Virus record (IMG/VR): IMGVR_UViG_3300036770_004917
Coordinates: 22,044 to 86,043 of that record
Reading direction: 5' to 3' (one strand)
DNA length: 64,000 nucleotides
Source: a virus
Positions 18,814 to 29,500 of this stretch are shown here, piece by piece; the first letter of the stretch is position 1, and every line of letters starts with the position of its first letter. The notes below the pieces were generated by a model. The model made no database searches. It was not told where the DNA came from and saw nothing but the letters and a program-made list of their open reading frames with translations. The position numbers and the translations under genes were made by a program.

Positions 18814-20382
18814 TTACTTGTCGTCGCCGACTTCTGTTTGCAGAAGTTCAAACTCCACGAGGCTCTTAAGGAACTCTCCTTCAGAGTCACCATCAACAGA
18901 GATACTCTTTTCGCCCGCAGCCCATTCTGCTGGAATCAGTTTTTCCATACCGAGTTCCATTGCGCGCTTCATGATGTGACGCTTGGCAGCAGGAATATCT
19001 TTCGCTCTGCCGTGAGCCATAATTGCGTTGCGTAGGTCAGCCTCTCCGGAGATTGGGAAAGAGCCGTCTTCCATTGCTTCACCAGACTCAGCCATTTGCT
19101 GGCGTGTCTCTTCGGAGAAGGCGCGCTTGAGTGAAATTTCTGCAGCCTCGGCCTCAATCTCATCAACATCGTCCGGCTCCCACTTGTCCCACCCGAGAAC
19201 CTCGCCATCCAGGGCAACGTAAACGTCATAGGACTTGCTGTCAAAACCGTCCACTTCCACCTGATAAGCATCAAAGCCCTCAAACACGCTGGGCTCAACC
19301 GCCATGACGGTTCCAGGAACCGACTTAACGGCAATCTCAGCAGCCTCGTTGAAGTCGATGAGTTCAATGTCGTCCATAAGTGACTTCTGCTCAAAAATGC
19401 TGTCGTCAAGACGATGGAAACCAAGAACCTCTGCAGTTGTTCCGTCAATGAAAACTTCATTCACGTAGCCAGACTTGGTCTGAACGTCAACGACAAACAT
19501 GTCTGCTTCTGAGGAATAGCCAGAGTCAATTACATCGCCCTTGAACATTGTTTCAGCAAGACCCTCGACATGCAACAAGCCGGGCAGACCCTTCTCTGCA
19601 ACACAACCACCAGGGCAGTCATCGCAGACAGAGATAGAGCCAGGGTAAACCTTGCGCTCAATTGCGCACATAAACCCATTGAGTCCAATATCGGCTGACT
19701 TTGTACCGAGCGAACGGAGGCGCTTCAGGCGGGCTGCTTCAAGGTCTGGAGTCATTCCAGAAGCAGCAGGACGCATGGGCATTACATCGCCCATCTCATC
19801 TTCGTCTTCCTCATCCTCCATCATTTCCTCGTCTTCGTCACCCTCCATCATCTCTTCGTCCTCTTCCTTGTAGGACATCATGCGCTTGCCCCAGCGCATA
19901 CCCTTGGGGGTTGCCATTGGCTCCATGTCTTCTTCTTCGTCCATCATGTCGCCGTCAGCCTCGGGCATGGGCATGCGCATGCGCATACCACCCTTGCCGT
20001 TCGCATACATTTCTTCGTCCATCTCTTCGTCCATCATGGGCATACGCATGCGCATGCCACCCTTCTTCATGGGCTCAAGGTAATCGGATACTGCGGAATC
20101 CTCTTCGTCTTCCATATCAACATCCATGCTCATGCCCATTTCTTTCTTGGCACGACGCATCATGAGCATCTTCTTGTACTCCTCTTCGGACATCTCATCC
20201 TCGGGCAGTTCGGCAACTTCGTTAACGGGCACCATCTTGACCTCGACGGCCATTGCGCCACACTTTCCACATACCTTGGAGCCAGCCTTGTAGCCACACT
20301 CTCCACCTGCAAGGCCTTTGGCGCACTTAGCAACCGCACCATCACTGTCAATTTTTACGATTGCTTTTTGCTCATAACTCAT
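18814..20382 (-). CDS. Scaffold-like head protein: Cys clusters, acidic Met-rich linker, two PepSY-like domains, C-terminal DUF6582-like domain
   Basis: 522 aa with an AAGGAG RBS. IDFNEAAEIAVKSVPGTVMAVE...AYQVEV...YDVYVALDGEVLG matches the PepSY pattern. GSFPI...DLRNAI...GRAKD...KRHIMKRAMELG...LIPAEW resembles DUF6582. Confidence 0.6.
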   Translation of the reverse strand: MSYEQKAIVKIDSDGAVAKCAKGLAGGECGYKAGSKVCGKCGAMAVEVKMVPVNEVAELPEDEMSEEEYKKMLMMRRAKKEMGMSMDVDMEDEEDSAVSDYLEPMKKGGMRMRMPMMDEEMDEEMYANGKGGMRMRMPMPEADGDMMDEEEDMEPMATPKGMRWGKRMMSYKEEDEEMMEGDEDEEMMEDEEDEDEMGDVMPMRPAASGMTPDLEAARLKRLRSLGTKSADIGLNGFMCAIERKVYPGSISVCDDCPGGCVAEKGLPGLLHVEGLAETMFKGDVIDSGYSSEADMFVVDVQTKSGYVNEVFIDGTTAEVLGFHRLDDSIFEQKSLMDDIELIDFNEAAEIAVKSVPGTVMAVEPSVFEGFDAYQVEVDGFDSKSYDVYVALDGEVLGWDKWEPDDVDEIEAEAAEISLKRAFSEETRQQMAESGEAMEDGSFPISGEADLRNAIMAHGRAKDIPAAKRHIMKRAMELGMEKLIPAEWAAGEKSISVDGDSEGEFLKSLVEFELLQTEVGDDK

Positions 20383-20498
20383 TGTTGCGACTCCTTGTAG
20401 TTTGGACCACAGCGAACTGTTTTACTCCATTGGGATAGTAGTCGCGGCGACGACCTCCCGGTGGAAAGGTTAAATATAAATTGTCTCCTGGGTTTAGA

Positions 20499-20504
20499 GT
20501 ATAC
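20499..20504 (-). promoter_or_regulatory. Putative -10 element (TATACT) for the scaffold-like gene, implying a ~110-nt leader
   Basis: Minus strand reads GCTGTATACT in the 155-bp intergenic gap. Confidence 0.45.
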
Positions 20505-20537
20505 AGCAATTATGTGCTGTCATTTCTGCAACTTTTG

Positions 20538-23500
20538 CTAATCATTCAGGGCAATCTCTACCTCGTCGCCGTTCTCATTTATCTTAGTAATTGTTCGTGA
20601 GTGAACTGGTTCTGCTGTTCTGTTGATGAATGTGGCCATGGCAGCCTTCGCCATTAGTTCTGCCATTTCGCCAAATAGGGCCATCCTTGCTTCGCCACCC
20701 CGCTCCACCTGTCTGTCTAGCGCAACATAAAGTGCTTCAATAATTTCGTCAATTTCGTCTTGCGTTAAATACAGGGCACCAGCATTGGTTCTCCTGTCGC
20801 TCAATTTCCCGGATTTCTGACGGGTCAATGTCTTCTTCAATAAGTTCAGGGCGGCAGAATGACGCGGGTCATCGGCCTTGCTTATCTCCCTATCAAGCGA
20901 ATTAAGGAGTTCGTTGAATTTCGTACGCTCTGCACGTATTTCTGCCCTGCCTTCCTTGACCGAAGACCGAGTGGAGCGAGTACTTTGCATAACCTCATTT
21001 TTGCGTGCAGCAAAATATGCATCAATGGCACGACCACGGATGCGTGGTACATATCTGGTTTTTGGAACAATGTCCATTTCGGGCATTGAGCGGACAAGGG
21101 GGGCCCCACGCCCTGGTGCCTTGTCAATGAATTCATCAGTCATTAATTCATTGCGCAATTTATTTAGATAATCACGAGTTCCAGATGCCCTATCAATACT
21201 ATTTTGTACATACTTTTTGCCAATTACGGAAGCACGCGGAGCAAATCCATTGGGTTTTCCATCCATCGCGTCAACGACAAAATCACTAGTCAGGTAATCA
21301 TCCAGAATGTCAATTGCGTCATCAATATTTCCGATACCAAAATCAATCCCAGCACCATCAGCATCCGCGAATAATTTCTTGACATCGTCCCATACCTGAG
21401 AGTGCCGATTGTCCTGATATCTGGTTGAATAAACCGAATCAAGTTCACTCTGGTACTCCCCTATGATGCTTCCAATTCCTGAAGCAATTCGCTGCCTGCG
21501 AACCCTGGCAGCCGTTGGGTTGGACGGGGTGCTGACGGGAGAATCCTCACCTCTAGTGGGCGATGGTGCTGTCGCTTTTGGTGGTGCAGTAATGTCTACT
21601 GGCAATTGGATTCCACTGCGAGTCGGGCGGACGGGAGACTGAACTCTTGATGACCGGACAGGAACAGGAGGCAAGTCCAGGTCTTCGTCCTCAAGACCTA
21701 GTTCTCGCCGCTTATCAATGGCATCAAGAAGTTTTTGACTTGAGGCCATAATGTCATCCCATATCAAGTTAAGGTCGTTGTCGGGTATTTCGCTAACTCC
21801 AGTCCTGCGCTTATCTGCTTCAGGCCTTAAGCGGCGCACTACGTCTGCTGCCTGCATGTGGTTTAGGTTGCGGAAATCATTGTAGAAGACACTTCTTGAC
21901 TCATTATCTAGAATATCTCTTGTTTTCATGCCAAGTGATTCCCAAGATTTTGCAAAATCCGGAGTTGCGGCAGTGCCAGAACCGTTGCCGTAAATAACAC
22001 TCTCGTAGTTATCACGACGCTTGAGGTTGTCTTGGACCATATTGAGTGCATCCATAACTTCGCGAGCCTGCTTGATGGCATCGCTTTGTCTCAGGCCCTT
22101 ATCCCCACCACCCTGCACCATGTTCTCTTTAATCCATGACAATTTGTCCAACGGTGCCATATCCGCATAGTCCGACGGTGCCATTTCTGCAAATGGTGTT
22201 CCTGCTTCGTCACCACCCTTTCTTGGCGCCAAAGACCCAACAGCAGAACGTGTTGGTGTGGAGAATTCCCTAATAGCATCCAACGACTTCCATGTTGCTA
22301 TTGTTTTAAATTTCTCGTTAGCAAGTGATTGCGCAACTTTCATATTTGAACCTTGCGCCCAATCAAGAAGTTTTTGGCGACGCTCTTTATTTAGCGAGTA
22401 GGGTGCCCCTGAGTTGAACAGTGAGTTCACGTCAGTTCCGTTTGTCTGAGGGAATTCGGTTGCATCAAATTTTAATTTTGGTGATGATGCTGCATGGTCA
22501 AGCAATGCAGCACTTGCCGTGCCATCACTCATATTCGATGAACGAAGAGCAGTTATACCATCACGAATAAACTCATACTCTGCTGGCGACATACTGAATG
22601 CAGTCTTGAGTCCACCACTCTGTCCACCAGCAATAAGTTTGTCATAGACATCAATCGCCGAAGTGATTTCGCGATTATTGGCAAAACGCTTTCTCAATTC
22701 TGCCAGTTCATCACGAACTATTCCAGCATCATTGTTGTCCAAAATAATGCTAATGGTATTTGATGGCGTTTTTGGAAGAGGACGATACATGGGTGCTATT
22801 CCATCTGGCAAAAGGCGCGCACTCCTAGAATCCTCTAGTGCATCAACGATGTTAATCGCGGCAGCAGCCTCTTGATTCGCAAATAGTTTCTTAGCAATTG
22901 AGTGAGCCCTGATTGGGTCAACGGGAGCAACCTCGTCCCTGGATGATGCCGAATAAGCACCTGCAAGATTCTTTATTAGAGATGTTTCCGTAGAACTTAG
23001 TTTCACTCTCCGGGCATCTCGTTCAAGGAGTTGGGCAAGCCCTGGGACAAGACCGCGACGGCTGCCATCTGGCGATACCGTATAACTGGAATCTTTATCA
23101 AGTTGATTTAGCGATGCGTCAACTGTCTTTCTGCTTTTAAGGAAAGTATCAATAACCTCATCATTCATTCCGCCATAGCGATAAATGCCGCCATTCCTGC
23201 CGATAATGAGTTCATTGCGGTTCCCATCGTATGCGACGAATGAAACATTGGAATTAGCGAACTTGCTTGAGCGACCAGGGAATAATTGTTCCGAATTTCG
23301 CAAATCAGTACCCATTTTGACTGTTGCCTTACTCGTTATCCGAGGGGATGCAACACTCCGAGTTGATGGGGATATCGCCAATACGGCTTGTTCGTCTAGT
23401 TCTGTAGCGGTTGTATTAATGACGGCTTGTTTTGCATCGGCCAGTTTTCTCTTGCGACGAACGGAGAGGATTGCATTTTCGAGTATGTCTGATGCAGATT

Positions 23501-26500
23501 TATTGATGAACGACCTATCTTCATCATCAATGTCTCTTCCATTGATGATTGAGTCAACTTCAAGCATGTCAATGTAGGAGCCAACCTGGTCGTTGCTTGC
23601 TAGTTGATTGAGTTCTTCTGCTAGTTCTGACGCTGAGGTGCGATTCATTCCTACTGGGCGAGACGTGCCACGTGGCCCGGTGTCAAATAATGACCGCTCC
23701 AATGCTGAGTCATATTCAAGAAGTGACAAGACATCCGCCCAGTCCTCTTCGGTAAGTCCAAACCTTTCGGCTGCATCGTTATAGCCTGATGCTTGCTTTT
23801 TCGCTTTTTTGTATGATGCTGAAGTGAGTGCTGCCTGACGCTCTTCGCGAACAAGGTGCTGGGCTGCAGCAAATATTTCATTTACTTCGCGTTCAATAGC
23901 CAATATTGACTCATCAAGAAATGCTGAACGATTTTCCATTTCGGCATTCGGCCATTCATAATTAACGGCATCAAATTGTGCATCTAGTTCTTTCAACTCA
24001 TCTCGTGAGTCATTCAGTTCATCTAGCAATCCACGAACTCTTCCGACTATTGCGTCAGTTGAACCTGCGCGGAAATCCTCTACCGTATCTCTCCATACAG
24101 CGGGTATCCGAGTACGTCCGCTACGGGTACTTGCTGGACGATTGGCATTAAGAAGTTGTTGGTCATCGGGGATAACTGCCGATATGGCATTACCACTCAC
24201 TAGGTCACGAAGGACCAATTTATTAACACCATCTCGCATTCGCCCAACCGAAGCAACCGAATATCTAGCGTCACCCTGTGATGCTAGGGATTGCATGAAG
24301 TTATCGGGGAGAATGTCACCAGGTTTGACATCGCTGCCAAATGATATATAAGACATTGAGCCATCACTATTTTGGGATGACAATGGACGACCGAGCGGCC
24401 TGAGTTCGCCACCGGCTCTCATTGCCGAAAGACCATTTATGTATTGTTCTTTCGCATTGTTGCCTGGGGCGATAGTGCTTCTCGTAATATTGAGCCATTC
24501 CCGAGAAGATGGACCTTCTTTGCGTTTTCCGGGAATCTTGGTTGCCCGGCGCTTTTGCTCCTGTTCTTGCCTGACTTGTTCTGGCGTCAATTTTTTCATG
24601 TCACCAGTAACTTTTTTGTCCCCAGTGACATTCCACTTTTTGCGATTCTTGCCGCGCTTGGAGCGTGTCGATGGGATGTTACTACCTTGTGCTGTATCGT
24701 CGATTTCGTCGCCCATTTGTGTTGCGATACTTTGTCCACGGACACTGCGCGTACCACCATATTCATACCCTTCGCCACGTGGTGTTGGTGCATCTGTTTC
24801 ACCCTCCACTCCACGGATAATGTCACCAATCGCGCTTTTTTCTGAATTTCCGAGAACACCAATGGATAGAGTTTTATCCTTCTTCGGGATTTCCTGAACT
24901 CCGGTGCGTCTAGCAAAATCAATCTCGTCTTTATCACTTATGGAATAAGCAAGAATGTCGGCGCCAGTTTCAGCATAGATACGCTCAATTGCATCTATTT
25001 GTTCTTCGGTAAACCGAACATCGCCAGCCTCGAAGCCAATATATGGCCTTATCTGCTCAAGTACTTTTTCGCCTCTTGAATTTATTTTTTCAGTAATATT
25101 CCCACGACTCATGCGGAATCGGACCACCCCATCGTCGTAGGCGTTAAGGTAGTCGTGTTCGTCTCCGTGCTCACCAATAACTGGATAAAGCGTCCCATCT
25201 GGATACAGCCATGCTCCAAAAAAGTCAGAATTAATAAACTCATCCACGGTCATGAACTTCATCTGTAGCGGTCGTTTTTCCGAACCCAAACGAGCAGAGT
25301 CGTCAGCCTTTGCCCTCATCCGTAGTTCATCACCAATTGCTGCCAATATGTTTGCCGCCCCCTCATCTGGCTTTCCTCTCATATCAACAATCGCTCGTAT
25401 GTCCTGCTGAAGGTCTCTCAGCATTTCTGGCGTCATTGATGGCGAACGCAGTGGATAATCGGCACGACCACTCAGGAATCTAATTTCCCTCAACGTAGCC
25501 CTATTCAACTTCCCGTTGTCTAGTGACTTTGTTATATCGTCAAGGAGTTTGACTAGGGCTGCATTATTAGCGAGGCGTTTTTCTTGCATTTGTTTTGTAA
25601 TTTGCTCACGCCTCTGCTGCATGTCTGCCTTCATGACGGCCAGGGCCCTTTGTTCTCTTGGGGAGATATATGAGCGAGTAGAGCGGGTAGAGGATGACGC
25701 AAGCCCATCCGTGCCAGTCGTTCTGCCACGCATTCTCTTGAACAGTCGGCCGATTCCGCCCGGTTCGCGCTCTGTCAGGGAATGGTCTCCCGAATTGGCA
25801 AAAATCTCTGGAGCAACGAGTCCGAAAGACCGAAGAAGTTTGCCATTTTTATTCATATCCATTATTTCTGACGCACTAAACCAACCGATTTCAGTGTTTT
25901 CCCCATCTCCGATTTTCACATCAGATAGGTCTCGTCTGCCAACTTCGTAGACATGGGTGTCGTATGCCCAATCCGGAGCACGTTGGTCACGGTAGGAATA
26001 AACCGGCAATAGCCCCTCCAAGTCACCGCCAACTTCCTCCCTAAATTCCGTCACCGCTGTCTCCATCGGAATTTCAGAACTGTCCTTATCCTTATGGACA
26101 CCACCAGGGAATGACCATTGTCCGCCCCCAGAACTCATCCATGGGGCACGTCTGGCTAGTAGGTATTCATAATCTCCGGATAGCCCCCTACGGCGTCGCA
26201 CCAAGGCGCCAGATGCGCCATACCGTCCATTGAATTTTTGGCCAGTAATGGAGAAGTAGTACCCCTCCCCAGTCTCCTGATTTGAGCCGCCACCTCTTGG
26301 TGCAAAGAATGGATATGCGGGTGGCTTTAGTTTGCCTGCACGAAGAAGGGAAACTTCCCTGCTGGATATTCTGTCCGCATAATAGACACCATCATCACTC
26401 TGCAGAATTTTGTATTTTTCCCACGGGCTTGCCGTCTTTTCTTCTTCTATTTCCGCAAGACCCTCGGCAATATCTTCATCTCGCGATAATTCACCTCGAC

Positions 26501-29500
26501 GGCGAGCAACTCTATTGCGGCGGGGGGATTGCTCATCGTTTGCTCGCATCGTTCGCGAGCGAGTACTAGGCATTCCCGTTGATGTCCGCGCATCCCTGTC
26601 CGAACTTAGTCTCGCCCATTCTGGGATGAAATCTGGTTTTTCTACGAAGTCTTCCGTTCCAAGGAATTCCTTTATTTCTTTGGCAGAAGGGGTCCTGGAT
26701 GTTAGGTCAAACTCACCGATGGGGAACAATGCCGGAATGGTATCGCCGCCATAATCACGGCGTTTGCGGCTGACTGATACTGCTGGAGCATCAGAAAGTT
26801 GCACTATGTTAGCAATGGCGTCAATTTGTTTGTCATTTAATCCTATTGCATCGATATTTACGTTTCCGGGGGGACCGAAAAGTAGGCGAACGAGGCCATC
26901 ATCGAATGCATCGCTGTATTCATACTCGGCATCATGTGACATAACCGGATAGATGCGGCCATCAGGGTAAATCCAGGCGCCATGCCAATGCGAGTTAGCA
27001 AAATCTTTTGCAGTAATAAAGTCGTTTGCAAGTACTCTTTCTTCGCCACCAAGTCTTTTTGGCCTATCTCCTATCGCGCGTTCAATCTGGCGAACAATTC
27101 TTTCTTTTTCTGGAGAGGGCTTAACTAGCGCATTCGTAAGAGAAAGAAGTGCTTTATTGGTTCTATCTTCGACAAAACCATAAAGTGGGCGAACGTTTTG
27201 CCTCATTGATGAATTGACGGCTTTGAGCACGTACTCCACGTACCCCCGTTCGCCATCTACCGTCCCTATGGGGCCAATTATTTCTCGCAATTCTTCTGTG
27301 CTCAGGTTTTCCACTGCGTCGCGAATCTGTTGCACTGCATTACGCAATTCGGCATTACTCTCCAGCATGGAGCGAGAATGTTCGTCCCCCAATTTTGCGA
27401 CTTTTGTCATTCTTTCCCGCGAACGTTCCCTATTTTCTTGGACTTTCCGCGTCTTTTCGTCTTCTGCGCTAGTTGTCGTGCTGCGCGTTGACAGGCTGTA
27501 CCTGGCGCTACGAGTACTTCCAGAATTTTCTTTGTTCCACTCGTTGGCAACTCTCTCAAAATATCCAGTTGCTGCATTCAGTGCGTCTGTGTCTGATTCT
27601 GTTCCGGTCCGTGCACTGCTCGCGAATTCAATAGATGCAATAGGTTCAACTTTTTCAAAAACCTGATATTCGCGTTCACTGCGGGGGAAACCAATTGGCC
27701 CTGCGTACATGGTGGCTTGCGACTTAGGAACCGCCGCCAAATAGACTCGGCTTGCTCCTTCATCATTTCTGTCACGAGCGTAACCGATACCAATTCTTAT
27801 ATCTGCTGGATAGTAAGAAAGATGTTCGCGGCCAGATTTTGCGTAATCATGGAATTGTTTATTATCGGCAAGCCATTGTTCTCTGGCTGCAATCGTCTTT
27901 TTTAATCGTTCAATCTGTTCAGTGTTTACACCAACTTTTTCAAATTCTTCAAGTTCGCTACGAGTTATTTCAAGGTCTTTTTCCGCCTGCTCGTAAGCGC
28001 GAATTAGCAGATTGCGACCAGCCTCATTTGAGCGCTTAGAATTTTTGGCACCACCGATAATTTCGGATGCCTCGCCAAAACCGGCAGTGAATTGGGGGTC
28101 CAGTACGCCGCCATCAAGTACGGGGACACCAGTATGCGTCAGGAATAAGACATCTTCGTTTTCAAAATCACCATACTGCTGACCGGGGTTCTCTGACTCG
28201 ACAGCACCAGTGATGAGGGCGCGACCTCTTTCGGCCAAGCGAACGAATTCTGGGTGGTCACGGAGGTTGTCCATGTCCACGTTTCGTGGAGTTTCTCCGC
28301 GCTCAAACTGCTCAATAACCCTAAGACGCTCGACAGCATCTTCTCGTAGTTCTATTAAATTATTTCTATAACGATTAAAGGCCTCTCGTTGCTCTTCTGG
28401 CGTTTGAACCTCACTAAGTTCTTCTTTGGTGAGATTGGTCATGCTTCCACGACTGCGCCTACCACTAACGCGTGGTTCCGCTACATCAAAATCTTTCCCT
28501 AGCCAATCGCCTGTTTCTTCCCAATGGGCAATTGCTTTTTCAATGGAATCTAGTTCTTTCCCCAATTGGGAGTAATAGCCCTCAAGCGCCGATTTCCCAA
28601 AAATCCTGCGATATTCAGGGTCTTCCTGGCGTAGTGATGTTCGTTTCCGTGTTGACCGGAGGCCATCAATGGATACGCCATTGTCGTTCCTCTTGGTAAC
28701 CCTGGGAGCATCAACTGAATCAAGCAACTCATTTCTAATTAGAATTCCGTCAAGAGAATCCCCCGCCAGGCGGGCAAGCATGTCATCTGATGCTTCGGTC
28801 AATGGGGTCTGGCGCACAGAACGACTTGACCTACTGGAGCGAGTACTTGGTGGGTCAAGTTTGTCAAGCAACTCGTCTATAGGGCCGTCGTAGTCTCTGA
28901 TTGTTTCTTCAAAGCGTCCCCTTGCGCGTTCTGGTTTGTCTGGCGAGGCAACAATACCAAGCCAACGTGCAGCAATCTCCATTAGGTTTGACCGAATAAA
29001 GACTTCCCTATCTTCATCGGTGAGGCTCTCTAGGCCCGGTAATTCTCGTAATTTATTCCAGAAATCCTTATCGCGAGCAAGCGAAATCAGGGCAAGGATG
29101 TTTCCCCACTCACTATGTCTGTCAAATGTATTTCCTAGAGCGAAATGACCCATGAGGTCATGGAGCATTGCAAGTGGTGAGACTAAGTAATTGCTTAGTT
29201 CGCCATGGACCTCCGGCACTGCATGTGGGTCTGACATGAGTTGTAGATATCCATGGATAAAAAAGTCATTATCTATCAGGCGCTTGGCAACTTTTGCACG
29301 TTCATTGCGCGGCACTTTTTCCAATTCCGGAATAATATAATGCTTAAGAAGCATCGCCGCTATCTCGTTAGTGCGTACACTTAATGCCACATTTACGGAT
29401 GGCAACTGTTCTTTTAGATGTTCTCTGTATTTTTTGTTAAAAAATTCATGGAAGGGGAGTTCTTCTCCATCATCGAAGGGGCGCGCAAGCCGAGGTTTTT

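Noticed and set aside
18790-18850. Possible frameshift fusion of the scaffold-like gene to the ~3370-aa ORF (also in -1 phase)
   Set aside because: There is no slippery heptamer near GAC GAC AAG TAA, and the downstream gene has its own GGAG RBS before ATG 18790.
18814-20382. 522-aa gene as the major capsid protein
   Set aside because: No HK97 capsid motifs are recognisable, and the acidic low-complexity, PepSY-like content fits a scaffold or accessory role. No capsid gene was identified in this window.
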